A stretch of DNA of 64,000 nucleotides, from the IMG/VR virus record IMGVR_UViG_3300045738_002037, positions 32,001-96,000 of that record. One strand, given 5' to 3'. Position 1 is the stretch's first letter. The number at the start of each line of letters is the position of its first letter. Below the pieces are notes generated by a model. It did no database searches. It was not told the origin of the DNA and worked only from the letters and a program-made list of their open reading frames with translations. The stretch is from a virus. Below are positions 28,628-38,618 of the stretch, in pieces. The translations under genes and the position numbers were made by a program.

Positions 28628-28740
28628 CAATATTGACCGGTGAGATTCAAACTCACAACCTATGGTCTTTCGACCATTGCTCTGACCCCATCAGTAAGGT
28701 GATGCGATGACCAAAGCCATTTGAGCTACAGCCAATATTG
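28628..28740 (-). ncRNA. tRNA-like RNA without a canonical anticodon loop (GAAA tetraloop) and with an expanded D-loop
   Basis: TTGGCTG-TA-GCTC...GAGC-A-ATGGTC(GAAA)GACCAT-AGGTT-GTGAG(TTTGAAT)CTCAC-CGGTCAA; no encoded CCA. Confidence 0.75.
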
Positions 28741-28741
28741 T

Positions 28742-29566
28742 TTATGCAACATTTTGATGTCCGTTTATGGTGGGAGCAATAACTCTTAATTTTTGCAAAG
28801 CCAATGTTTCTATTTGCCTTATTCTTTCTTTGGTTACCCCTATTTTATCTCCTACTTCCTGCAATGTTAATGGCTCACAGCCAAGACCAAATCGCATTTC
28901 AATTATTCTGCGCTGCCGATCATCTTTAAGCGTATTTACTAACTTTTCAATATATTTGGCGATACTATTGATTCTCAATTCTTCCTCGTATGGCTCAGAA
29001 CAATCAGGTACACTGTCTATAGAATAATCCTCAGATTCTCTAATCACATTGCCATTAGCAGAATTTATAGCCTTAATAATTGTGCCTAATCTTTTCTTGT
29101 TCCAACCCAATTTCTTCAACAATGCGTTTGTGTCAATAATACCATCGTCCATTCTAACAGCATTAACAGCTCTTTCATATTGACGCACATTACTATTGGC
29201 ATTCATAGCACGTGAAACAGTGTTGTTGCAATCATTCATACGCTGCACATTAGCTCTAATTCGCCAATATGCATATGTTCCAAATCTTACTGACTTGCTA
29301 AAATCAAAATTTCTTATGGCATCATATATACCACAAATTCCTTCTGATAACGCATCGTCAAAATCTATGTGACGCGCTTTAAATTGATTTACTACTTTAA
29401 CAACCCAAAGAATATTAGATAAAATAAGAATATGTTGGGCTTGTTTATCTCCATTTTTAGCTTTTCTGATATATTCTTTTTCTAATTCAGGATCTTCAAT
29501 AAAATCACACTGTGCTTTTCTAATAAAAGACTGAATGTAATCTGAATATATCACGCGGCACTCCAT
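28742..29566 (-). CDS. RNA polymerase sigma factor, sigma-70 family (RpoD/RpoS-like)
   Basis: AKNGDKQA, DDALSEGICGIYDAIRNFD, RFGTYAYW, MRFGL, TLQEVGDKIGVTKERIRQIE. Confidence 0.95.
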   Translation of the reverse strand: MECRVIYSDYIQSFIRKAQCDFIEDPELEKEYIRKAKNGDKQAQHILILSNILWVVKVVNQFKARHIDFDDALSEGICGIYDAIRNFDFSKSVRFGTYAYWRIRANVQRMNDCNNTVSRAMNANSNVRQYERAVNAVRMDDGIIDTNALLKKLGWNKKRLGTIIKAINSANGNVIRESEDYSIDSVPDCSEPYEEELRINSIAKYIEKLVNTLKDDRQRRIIEMRFGLGCEPLTLQEVGDKIGVTKERIRQIETLALQKLRVIAPTINGHQNVA

Positions 29567-29607
29567 TATGTTATGTTTATGCTAGTAAATAAACGGGACA
29601 ATTTGTT

Positions 29608-29976
29608 ATGAAATCCGAATCACTAATTTATGATAGACTACAAAAGAAAATAGACCAAGACGGAAGACCATTAAAAGGAATATACTTAACACGACGCGTA
29701 ACATCATCATTTTTACAAGCAATACCTCCTAACATACAACATTTCGATGCATATTTATATGCAGTGGTCAAAAGAAAACCAGAAAAAGAAACAAACAACA
29801 AATGGGGCAAAGATGCCCGCATAGATCCTTGTTTTTTAAATTGGGAGCAAAAAATCATAGAAATGGTAATACCTTTTAACATTAATGATGGAATAAAATC
29901 AATAGACGATTTAGATGAAGAATTTTTTGAAGCTATCCAAGCGTCATTCATAGCTATGATGTACGGTATGTTTTAA
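29608..29976 (+). CDS. hypothetical protein
   Basis: 122-aa ORF divergent from the sigma gene. Confidence 0.6.
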   Translation: MKSESLIYDRLQKKIDQDGRPLKGIYLTRRVTSSFLQAIPPNIQHFDAYLYAVVKRKPEKETNNKWGKDARIDPCFLNWEQKIIEMVIPFNINDGIKSIDDLDEEFFEAIQASFIAMMYGMF

Positions 29977-30766
29977 TTTTATAATATTTCAATGGCCTAG
30001 GTCCATATAAACTATGCGCGCCTGGCCCATAAGCATCTGACGATCCATAATGCCAAAACGCTGTGGTCAAAATCGGCGTATTTTGTCTTGCAAGAAACAA
30101 CGCTATTAACCTTTCAAACATATGTGGCGTCCAAAAACCAACATCACTTAATTTTAAATTTTTGGCTATTTTGTGCAAATAATTTCCCAATAAATCAAAT
30201 ACTTTTCGACTACACGCAAATTGATGAGAATATAGCATACGTGGCTGTTTTTCTATCGCCCAATTATAAATATCAGGATCATACTTCCTAATATAATCCC
30301 ACACAAATATCCCATTGTCAAACGCATGAATATTCATAGGATCAGTTCGTGGAAACAAAGGAAAAGATTCAGGAACCTCCCATTCTTTCCATGCCCTAGA
30401 AAATGAAGAATGAACGGCCAAACCAACAGCACGTTCTAAATTATTTTCAAGATGTTTATGAATTTTTTTCCACGTTTCTCCAGCTTTAAAATGCATAACA
30501 TTATCCGAGTGCATGATGGCAACATGATTATCACCAATTAGCTGGTCGGCATGCTCCCAAATAGTTAAAATAACCGACGTTTCAAAAAGTGACGAATTCC
30601 AAGAAGCATACGTGGGGAAAAAATCATTTGCTTCTGATAAATCAACATCTTCTATTTTAGTAGTTCCGCAAGAAATCGTCTTGCATTCCACCATCTTAGA
30701 ATTAAACGCTTTTTTAGTTAACAACCTAGAAGATTGCGGGTGGCATAATTGGAATGCTTTTATCAT
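29954..30766 (-). CDS. putative glycosyltransferase-like protein
   Basis: Within the glycan cluster; IMHSD motif and HMFERL C-terminal motif. Confidence 0.45.
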   Translation of the reverse strand: MIKAFQLCHPQSSRLLTKKAFNSKMVECKTISCGTTKIEDVDLSEANDFFPTYASWNSSLFETSVILTIWEHADQLIGDNHVAIMHSDNVMHFKAGETWKKIHKHLENNLERAVGLAVHSSFSRAWKEWEVPESFPLFPRTDPMNIHAFDNGIFVWDYIRKYDPDIYNWAIEKQPRMLYSHQFACSRKVFDLLGNYLHKIAKNLKLSDVGFWTPHMFERLIALFLARQNTPILTTAFWHYGSSDAYGPGAHSLYGPRPLKYYKIKTYRTS

Positions 30767-31593
30767 GATTTATCCATGGCCAATTTAACATTAGATAAAC
30801 CCATAGATTTTAAAATAATCGACGAACCATCGTCGGCATTTAACGTTATTGGAATATAGCTTGTTAATTCATCTTTAGACCAATGCATATGCGTCCCCAA
30901 TAATTCCGGAAACCTCATATTCCATTTATGATGTAAAAGTCTCATGTAAGTCCAATATTTTTTATCACCAGAAAAACTTGCAGAATATTTTCCATAATGT
31001 ATTATCGGCAAATGAGAACCCCAAATTGCATACCCAGCAGCACGTGCTTGAAGACACATATCCATTCCGTAAAAATGAAATCCATTAAACATTGGATCAA
31101 ATTTCAAACCCGTTTTTTTATTTAAAACCATTAAACATTCATCTACGCAATGTACTTGCGTAATATTCTTTTCACCATCCCAATATGGGGCGCTGTCTAA
31201 TGATTTATCTGACCCATAAACTGTTCCCACAGCTATTGTGTCTATTTTTAAAGCACCACCCCAATTGCCAATATCATATCGCGTAAATTCCATGGATATG
31301 CCAGCACTCCCCAGCATTCCCCAATTTTCAGGCAATAGGTCTATCGTGCTCGACAATATATTAAACCAATCGTCTAGCAAACTAACATCTTGATGCACAA
31401 ACACCAAAATATCAGACTTAGCCACATCAATGCCAATATTCAAGGCATTACTTGCGGAATACCTATTATCATTATTAATGATTGGGATAATTTCTATATC
31501 ATATCCATTTCGCATTTTATTAATTGATTGTAATAAACATTGGTCATAAATGTCAGCATTAGATATGCATGTTATAATCGAAAAATCTGGCAT
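30763..31593 (-). CDS. glycosyltransferase family 2-like
   Basis: SASNALN, LVFVHQDV, CVDEC, GFHFYGMDMCLQA. Confidence 0.85.
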   Translation of the reverse strand: MPDFSIITCISNADIYDQCLLQSINKMRNGYDIEIIPIINNDNRYSASNALNIGIDVAKSDILVFVHQDVSLLDDWFNILSSTIDLLPENWGMLGSAGISMEFTRYDIGNWGGALKIDTIAVGTVYGSDKSLDSAPYWDGEKNITQVHCVDECLMVLNKKTGLKFDPMFNGFHFYGMDMCLQARAAGYAIWGSHLPIIHYGKYSASFSGDKKYWTYMRLLHHKWNMRFPELLGTHMHWSKDELTSYIPITLNADDGSSIILKSMGLSNVKLAMDKS

Positions 31594-31656
31594 GATGTAA
31601 TATATAATCTCCCACAAATTTAAATTGGTTATTTAATACAATGTGGAGGTTTAACC

Positions 31657-31890
31657 ATGGCACAAAGAAAAATTACTTGCATTAGCAACGTTTCAAATCA
31701 AATGATCCCAGTGATACTCAGCAAAATCGCACTTGCTAAAAAAGAAACTAGCTCTAATGTAGACTATTATCGTGAAGGTATGTTACAAATCGCTCCCGGA
31801 GCCGCAGTAGACGTTGAATCAACAAGGTTGGATGACGGCCAATTGATCCAATTAAAAAATATGGGGCTTATTTCAACAGTCGTCCGATAA
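31657..31890 (+). CDS. small protein, paralog of 10320..10574
   Basis: NVSNQMI...IAPG...QLIQLKNMGLI; strong SD GGAGG. Confidence 0.7.
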   Translation: MAQRKITCISNVSNQMIPVILSKIALAKKETSSNVDYYREGMLQIAPGAAVDVESTRLDDGQLIQLKNMGLISTVVR

Positions 31891-31906
31891 CATATCTACA
31901 AACTTC

Positions 31907-31945
31907 GAGCGCCCGATAATATAACGTAAATATTGCCGGGCGCTC
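31907..31945 (+). promoter_or_regulatory. GC-rich hairpin with GTAAATA in the loop region
   Basis: GAGCGCCCG...CGGGCGCTC. Confidence 0.55.
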
Positions 31946-31967
31946 ATGCATATCAATCAATGTTACA

Positions 31968-32756
31968 TTGGTTCATAAAATTTCTGATATTACACCACTG
32001 CTAATGGTAACATATTTCAGGCCAAACAGCCTAAAAACCTGTGTTGATTCTATCTTATCTAACACTAAATTACCGTTTAAATTATATATAATTGATAATT
32101 CACATGGCGGGATAGACAGCACATTAAAACTATACGAAAAAAATAAAAACATTCTTATATACAAAAACTCTACAAACATGGGAAAAGGCGCAGCATTCAT
32201 GCGCTATTACAATAGTATTATTAAAAAATATGACACTACATGTTTTATATCAATAGATCCAGATATTAAAGTGAGTGCCGGATGGTTATCAAAAATGCTC
32301 ACGATAAAAAACAGAATCAGAAGAAAACTTTATCCAAAAATGCACATGTCACATTTAAAAAAACATAACATGGCCAAAAGATCTGATTTTGGGCTATTAG
32401 CACCGATATTGTTAAAAGAAAAAAGCAAATTTGATATTAATAATGTCACAATGCACACAATAAACAATGATACCGAAGAAATTGTAAGTGGCATATATCG
32501 CAATAGATACACCGCTGGCCCGTTGTTGCTAATCAATAAAAATTTTTTTGAAGCTGTAAATGGATATCCGACAGGTCAATTTTACGGTAACGAAGATGGT
32601 TATCTATGCAAAAAGGCAAATCATAGAAATTTATTCACAGGATTCACAACGTCAGTTATTGTAAATCATTTAGACATTGATGATGATGAAGAATATATTA
32701 AATGGAAGAAACAGAACGTCCATGGCAATATAGATCATAAAGGTCGCTGGGACTAA
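31968..32756 (+). CDS. glycosyltransferase family 2
   Basis: VTYFRP, IIDNS, IDPD (DxD), YGNEDG. Confidence 0.85.
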   Translation: MVHKISDITPLLMVTYFRPNSLKTCVDSILSNTKLPFKLYIIDNSHGGIDSTLKLYEKNKNILIYKNSTNMGKGAAFMRYYNSIIKKYDTTCFISIDPDIKVSAGWLSKMLTIKNRIRRKLYPKMHMSHLKKHNMAKRSDFGLLAPILLKEKSKFDINNVTMHTINNDTEEIVSGIYRNRYTAGPLLLINKNFFEAVNGYPTGQFYGNEDGYLCKKANHRNLFTGFTTSVIVNHLDIDDDEEYIKWKKQNVHGNIDHKGRWD

Positions 32757-33360
32757 AACGACTATAATATTTGTCTATAGCATCAACTTCAACTTCCAAC
32801 ACTTCGTCTATCAACTTTTTAGAATAAATTGCGAACTCTCTAGACGGCATGTCATTAATATTTGAATCATTTACTTTCTCAGTAGATCTGATTATATCTT
32901 CATCAAAATCTTCACCAGCATTACCTAATGCATACAATAAATCATTAACTAACGATTCTTGTTTACCAACAAAATTCACCGTTCCTGGAAGATTTTCAAT
33001 AAAAGATGCATATTCCCAAGATACCCAGCCAGACGGTTTATATCTTATACAATTTCTGACAAATTCATGAAAATCATTAGAAGCACAATTATAGTCTAAT
33101 GGGTGTGACATACGCCATCCATGCTTCATTCTAAATGACCATCTAGACTGATACCACGACAATGGATGACGCACAAAAGTAAAAATATATTTCTTATTAT
33201 AGAATACTTTATCTCTGTACCTAAGCAATTCTGGAAAATGCGAATGTTGCTTGCCGTATTCGAACGTCTCAATTTGCGCTCTAGCTATTGCATTTCTAAC
33301 CCAAACCCCACCTGTTTTAGGAATATGTAAAAATACTGATTTTGGAAGTATTAATGACAT
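32698..33360 (-). CDS. sulfotransferase family 2
   Basis: FLHIPKTGG, FTFVRHPLSWYQS, FVGKQESL. Confidence 0.88.
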   Translation of the reverse strand: MSLILPKSVFLHIPKTGGVWVRNAIARAQIETFEYGKQHSHFPELLRYRDKVFYNKKYIFTFVRHPLSWYQSRWSFRMKHGWRMSHPLDYNCASNDFHEFVRNCIRYKPSGWVSWEYASFIENLPGTVNFVGKQESLVNDLLYALGNAGEDFDEDIIRSTEKVNDSNINDMPSREFAIYSKKLIDEVLEVEVDAIDKYYSRFSPSDLYDLYCHGRSVSSI

Positions 33361-34311
33361 TTATTGTAACATTTCTTTTGCTTCTTTATTAAACCCCAAA
33401 TTGTCCAATAAAATTGAAAGCCTATGATGATAAGTATGGTTATTTAAAACTTCTAGTTGTTGCCGCGCGGCCAACGCTAATCTTTCGCTATCATTTTCTG
33501 GGCTATTATAATACTTGCATAAATCTATGTAATGTTCCGCACTATTAGCAATAATTACTGATGCAAACAGATTTTTTAAAGTAGGCACGGGATCATGTAT
33601 AACTAATGTCCCCGACAATGCCACTTTAAACACTCTTTCTGGTATATCAATTCCATACTGATGCGTATGTATTTCTGATATACATGGCCCAATTTTACCA
33701 CTGTTCAAAAAGTCACCGGCAGAATCTTCCGCAAGCACTCCAGAACAAATTCCGTCAGGCCAATCGCCCCATCCATGCACTTTACAATGAAACTCGTTGG
33801 ATTGTAAAATTGGTAATAAAAATTTATCAATAGTTTTAGCTTTGTAATCCCATCTTCCACCAAGATAAACTACGTCATATTGCTTATTATTTAATTCACT
33901 ACGATAAAACAATGTCTTGTCAGCAGCAGTCGGCATTGGAACCCAAGGAATACCATATCGTTCTGGCCAATGACTCCATAAATTTTTATCATTTTCTTGC
34001 CCATATCCAAACACAACATCAGGATTTTTATCAACAACCCAATTAATATTGCTCGACAATTCATTTATCGGACCCAAATCAACAGGGCCACAAGGATTTA
34101 CATGAATTGCAGTTTTTGTTGAATTATCATCTGGCATAGGTTGCTTATGACCCGAACAACCTATATAAAGATCCGGTTCAAACAAAAACCATGAATCTGT
34201 GTTGCCATCCCACCGTTGAATTTCATGGCCTTTAGATCTAAAGGCATTTATGAAGCCATCGGTAATGTACCCCCACGCACCACCGGGCCTATGGCAAATT
34301 AATATTTTCAT
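33361..34311 (-). CDS. GT-B glycosyltransferase (CgeB/Glyco_trans_1_2-like)
   Basis: YDVVYLG, VHGWGDW, IPERVFK, HTYHHRL. Confidence 0.82.
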   Translation of the reverse strand: MKILICHRPGGAWGYITDGFINAFRSKGHEIQRWDGNTDSWFLFEPDLYIGCSGHKQPMPDDNSTKTAIHVNPCGPVDLGPINELSSNINWVVDKNPDVVFGYGQENDKNLWSHWPERYGIPWVPMPTAADKTLFYRSELNNKQYDVVYLGGRWDYKAKTIDKFLLPILQSNEFHCKVHGWGDWPDGICSGVLAEDSAGDFLNSGKIGPCISEIHTHQYGIDIPERVFKVALSGTLVIHDPVPTLKNLFASVIIANSAEHYIDLCKYYNSPENDSERLALAARQQLEVLNNHTYHHRLSILLDNLGFNKEAKEMLQ

Positions 34312-34916
34312 TCTTCTTCTTTTATAATCGACATTCCATAATAATCAAAATCTAAACTATATACATGCTTAAAAAAATCGAATTGTTTACGTGTTAATTT
34401 AAAATTACTCTTATTGGATTTATTTATAGCAATGTCAACAATTGCAGTGTTTGATATTTTTTCTATAATGTTTTTAAATTTTGTATTAATAAGACTTATG
34501 TCAAAAATATGGTCATAATAATTAGCATTAACACCTATAAAAGTTACTTGTGTTTGCGAATGTTTTCTTATATCTGGACACGCATGCAAGGGCCAAAAAT
34601 TACGAAAAAAGTATTCAAAAGAAGTATCATCTAAATTTGGTTTATTTCTCCTTTTAATTCTGTCGCCCCATATACTTTTAATTCGTTTAATTGGGTCACG
34701 CACAATTGCAATTTTAATATCAATTGGAAGTTTCTCCTTATTTTTATAAAAATAAGGAGAAGAATGAACAGAATATGGTTCTAATATTTTCCTAGATTTT
34801 GATTTACTTAAAACCTTGTTGCAAAACGGATACGCTAATATTGACGTTACACTTGTAATCCCACATTTCAACGCCACATTAATTTCCACCATTGTGCCGT
34901 TGTAATTTACTATCAT
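34308..34916 (-). CDS. sulfotransferase family 2-like
   Basis: LKCGITS, VRDPIKRIKS, HSQTQ, YSLDF. Confidence 0.78.
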   Translation of the reverse strand: MIVNYNGTMVEINVALKCGITSVTSILAYPFCNKVLSKSKSRKILEPYSVHSSPYFYKNKEKLPIDIKIAIVRDPIKRIKSIWGDRIKRRNKPNLDDTSFEYFFRNFWPLHACPDIRKHSQTQVTFIGVNANYYDHIFDISLINTKFKNIIEKISNTAIVDIAINKSNKSNFKLTRKQFDFFKHVYSLDFDYYGMSIIKEEE

Positions 34917-35143
34917 TCTTCTTCTTCTATAATCGGTATTTCATTTGATTTTACAACAAGTTCAACATCTTCCAATTTACAATATATGTCATATTCAAAC
35001 CCCGCAACATTAACCGTAAGCATGTTATTGTCAGATGCAAAGGACACAGTCCCCGTAATATCTTTATTATGGCAAAATATTGCCGCTTCCGCTGTCACCC
35101 CAGATTTAAACCTAATGATGTCTCCGCGCGCGATTTTAATCAT
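34913..35143 (-). CDS. small SH3-like hypothetical protein
   Basis: RGDIIRFK...GTV...LEDVELV. Confidence 0.55.
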   Translation of the reverse strand: MIKIARGDIIRFKSGVTAEAAIFCHNKDITGTVSFASDNNMLTVNVAGFEYDIYCKLEDVELVVKSNEIPIIEEEE

Positions 35144-35147
35144 TAAT

Positions 35148-37241
35148 TTATTCCTTCAATGCATTGTCCAAATCATCGCCATAGCCATTACGCCTTAATT
35201 GTTCATGTTGCACGGCAATTCTTTGTTCTATAGTATTACCGGCCAATTGTTTTTCTATTTTCTTATTTGTTTGGTGATGATCGCCCCATCCTTCGGCCCT
35301 AGGGTGCCATAGATGTAAAAGATCTAATGACCTTTCGCCATAAAATCTATCCACACCTTCCGCCAATCTACTATAAAAATCACAGTCTTCACAACCGTAG
35401 CCCCAAAAATCCTCATTAAACCCGCCAATTTTCCAATATGCACTTAAATTACACGCAAGAGAACCGCCTTCATAATAAGTCACAACTCTATCGCAATGCA
35501 ATTGCTCGTCAACTGTTTTATTTATACTTATTTGAGATGTAGTTTCTTTAGACACATAAAGAACTTTACTGCCAACATGACAGGCGTCATGCCCTTTTAA
35601 CAATGAATATATCATTTTCGTATAATGAGCAGGCACAATCATATCAGCATCATGCAATATAACGCTTTTGGTTTGAACATTCGACATCCCCATATTAAAC
35701 GCAATGGCTTTATTAAACAGAGGATTGTCGCCTCCGTCAGCATGAAAATATTTAGATGGCATTAATGACTGAATATCAATATTGTTTTCGGTATCTTGCT
35801 CTACAACGATAATTTCAATTTGCGGAAATCTTTGCGCTCTAATATTATCTAAAACTGTAATAATTTCATCTTTCCTGTGAAAATTCCTAAGCGGAACAAC
35901 ATATGTTATGACAGGAACAGATGAAGAATCCGATGGCTCTATAAAAACGAGCGATTTTTTGGCTTCATGCACTTTTCTAGCTTCATGCAATAATTCTTGC
36001 CTATTTTCCACAGCTGAATTTTCTGGATGTATTACAAAAAATTGGTTTGCGCCTTCTATGTCAAAAAACCCAGCGGGTTGTAAACCAAACTCAAACGACC
36101 TACTGGACCAATCAACATGTTCCATGCCATACAAACCATAAGATTCATCAAAATAACCACACTCAGATATCATCTTATTACTAAAAGCTAATACGGCCCC
36201 TTGAGGTCTTTTGCCAATCCTTAACAAATTATGGCCGTCAACATTAACAGCGTCAAGCGGTTTGGCGTTGTATACGCCAACTTGATTATACATAAAATGA
36301 TGAAACCCCGTGCGCTTCATCGCGTCTATGTAAAAAGTATCCCATCCTTTTTGCACTATTTCAACATCATCATTTAACACAATACCATAATCAAATCTTT
36401 TAAGACATCTGAGCAATCTATTAGTATTGCCAGCAATGCCCAATCTTTTATCATTTCTCAATATTACAAAATTTGGGCTTTTTTCTAAAGCAGATAAATA
36501 ACTAACAATTTCAGAACCATCGCTGGCATCGTCACTTATGAAGACCGTAGTCTGTTGCAAATTAGTGTAGGAAACAATAGATCTTATTAATCTATGAAGA
36601 ACATCTGGTCTATTATATGACAATATCCCAACGCCTATGCCATTGCTAATTGGGTAATTATTGTTTTTAATATTATCTTGAAGTAATTCATTGGCATCTG
36701 CTCTTGATATTCTTCCAACAACCCGTCTGTTTGGATTATCATCGATATAATTTATATGCGGCCTTTTTATTTGCCTATTCATTTTGGCATTTTTCATAAT
36801 TTTTTGCGTACTATTTTGCACGAATTTCATTTTGTTTGAAGATCCTTGCGTTCTTTGCAATTCTATTTCATGTTCTATTCTAGCTTTTTTTATTTGTCGA
36901 TTTTTTGTAGTTCTTGATTTTGCCAATCTATTTAATTTAGCCTCTCTTTCTGTTTGTTGCTTTTTAGCTTGTATGTCAAAAACAGTCTCAATGTTATCAA
37001 GTGCTTTTTGAGATGCTTGGTTTAATATTGTCCTAGTATCAGACACTCTTTTAATCGGCTCATTATCCTCCACAATAATCTGTTCTTGATGCTCATTGAC
37101 AGATTTTATAAAACCCCTAGCTTTATATCTATCAAAATATTCAGACAAAACAATACGCTGTCCTTTATTAACTCGTATAGTCCTCCCGTCAGGACCCACA
37201 AGATACACGGCATACAAATTTGGATTAATATATTCCGGCAT
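35148..37241 (-). CDS. multi-domain glycosyltransferase (two GT-A domains; GT2 plus GT7C-like)
   Basis: LSYNRP, ISDDAS, LNDD, YGMEHVD; then VVEQD, FNKA, HDAD, GGFNEDFWGYGCED, HLWH. Confidence 0.9.
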   Translation of the reverse strand: MPEYINPNLYAVYLVGPDGRTIRVNKGQRIVLSEYFDRYKARGFIKSVNEHQEQIIVEDNEPIKRVSDTRTILNQASQKALDNIETVFDIQAKKQQTEREAKLNRLAKSRTTKNRQIKKARIEHEIELQRTQGSSNKMKFVQNSTQKIMKNAKMNRQIKRPHINYIDDNPNRRVVGRISRADANELLQDNIKNNNYPISNGIGVGILSYNRPDVLHRLIRSIVSYTNLQQTTVFISDDASDGSEIVSYLSALEKSPNFVILRNDKRLGIAGNTNRLLRCLKRFDYGIVLNDDVEIVQKGWDTFYIDAMKRTGFHHFMYNQVGVYNAKPLDAVNVDGHNLLRIGKRPQGAVLAFSNKMISECGYFDESYGLYGMEHVDWSSRSFEFGLQPAGFFDIEGANQFFVIHPENSAVENRQELLHEARKVHEAKKSLVFIEPSDSSSVPVITYVVPLRNFHRKDEIITVLDNIRAQRFPQIEIIVVEQDTENNIDIQSLMPSKYFHADGGDNPLFNKAIAFNMGMSNVQTKSVILHDADMIVPAHYTKMIYSLLKGHDACHVGSKVLYVSKETTSQISINKTVDEQLHCDRVVTYYEGGSLACNLSAYWKIGGFNEDFWGYGCEDCDFYSRLAEGVDRFYGERSLDLLHLWHPRAEGWGDHHQTNKKIEKQLAGNTIEQRIAVQHEQLRRNGYGDDLDNALKE

Positions 37242-37242
37242 A

Positions 37243-37857
37243 TTATCGTTTTACTTCAACATACAATGGGGTATAAACACCAGTTACTTGATTATGATGT
37301 ACTCTAAACCTACTGGGTTTTATTATTAAATCGCCTTCATAAGACCCAGTGCCTTTATTAATAAATTCAATAGCTCTATCATCGATTATTTCTGTTTTAA
37401 TAATTTCTTGAGTTTTCATAATTTTACCGAATATATCTTTTATCATCCCAGGGCCAGCGAATTTATTTAAAGACAATTGCATGTCAACTAATGTCAGCTC
37501 GTCTTTAGTTGCAAAATAAAATTGAGCTTGTTCTATTTTAATCAACTGCATTGTGTGCAAAAAAGACGCAGCATGATTTTCCAAAAAATCAGCCGCAGCA
37601 TCAAAATATGGATGGTCCGAATTTTCCTCTATTATATCTATTTTATTACCGCGCCAATCGCCACACATTATATAAACATCGTCTTCAGAAGGAATTCGAT
37701 ATATTAACACAGACAAGCCATTGTCGCCATAATGTTTTATAATATAACTAAATATATTATTAATAGACTTAGTATTGTCAAAAGACAAAAAATCAGGATA
37801 CATCAATATACTTGGTAAATCAGATGTACCATACTGTTGCGTTGTGTTGTGCGTCAT
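37243..37857 (-). CDS. hypothetical protein, possibly a degenerate ligase-like nucleotidyltransferase fold
   Basis: Weak: EGDLIIKP resembles ligase motif IV. Confidence 0.5.
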   Translation of the reverse strand: MTHNTTQQYGTSDLPSILMYPDFLSFDNTKSINNIFSYIIKHYGDNGLSVLIYRIPSEDDVYIMCGDWRGNKIDIIEENSDHPYFDAAADFLENHAASFLHTMQLIKIEQAQFYFATKDELTLVDMQLSLNKFAGPGMIKDIFGKIMKTQEIIKTEIIDDRAIEFINKGTGSYEGDLIIKPSRFRVHHNQVTGVYTPLYVEVKR

Positions 37858-38134
37858 GCCTTAAAACAGCCCAACTGCTACGAGTAGAATTTCTAATTTT
37901 ATTTAAATTCTTCTTATAAGTATATTTATCAAACGACGGGTGGTCCAATGTAAACAATAGATACGGAGTGCCTTCAAATATTATGTGAACTTCATTGGTA
38001 TCTACGTCATAATTAGACACAACACCGTGCCAAGTTGAAAACCATTTAGACCACGTTACATAGTCCCCATATTCAGGCGCATAATCTTTAATGCTTTTAT
38101 AAGCGGCCAACGGCGGCAATTCTACATCAGGCAT
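37820..38134 (-). CDS. hypothetical protein
   Basis: Overlapping operon ORF. Confidence 0.6.
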   Translation of the reverse strand: MPDVELPPLAAYKSIKDYAPEYGDYVTWSKWFSTWHGVVSNYDVDTNEVHIIFEGTPYLLFTLDHPSFDKYTYKKNLNKIRNSTRSSWAVLRHDAQHNATVWYI

Positions 38135-38618
38135 TTTTAAGTACTCTGGTTAATTTATGGTTGAATATTCTATACCTATACTCATAATCACCAATATCCC
38201 AACATATCAATAAACCTTTCCTGGTTGCCCCCAACCATTGATTTAATAACGGATCAACCCATGTTATAGAATCTTCTGCATTGCCGATCCAAGCTGGCTC
38301 CATTAACTTCCCGTTTACTTCAATCGGAATCGGCGTATTATCGTTCTTCCGGGATTCCATCCTGTTTTTTATAATTGTCAATCCTTCTAATAATATTTCA
38401 CGCTTACTTCTTGATTTTGTGTCAGCATTTACACTATAAGTATCATCATCAATTAAATTGGCCTTAATGTTTATAGTATCATGTTGCTTTTCTCTAGCTG
38501 GATCAAATTCCGCTATTAACCTTTTTATATCATTTACACTGCGAACTTCAACAGGATCAAGAACACTCTCGTCTAAACGCTGAGCATTTCTCTTTCTAAT
38601 TTTCTCCATATTATCCAT
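38127..38618 (-). CDS. hypothetical protein
   Basis: Overlapping operon ORF. Confidence 0.6.
   Translation of the reverse strand: MDNMEKIRKRNAQRLDESVLDPVEVRSVNDIKRLIAEFDPAREKQHDTINIKANLIDDDTYSVNADTKSRSKREILLEGLTIIKNRMESRKNDNTPIPIEVNGKLMEPAWIGNAEDSITWVDPLLNQWLGATRKGLLICWDIGDYEYRYRIFNHKLTRVLKNA

Noticed and set aside
28628-28740. Calling the element a functional tRNA-Phe(GAA)
   Set aside because: The loop is 6 nt (or a tetraloop) without U33, the D-loop is oversized, the T-loop has TTT instead of TTC, and no CCA is encoded; reported as tRNA-like instead.
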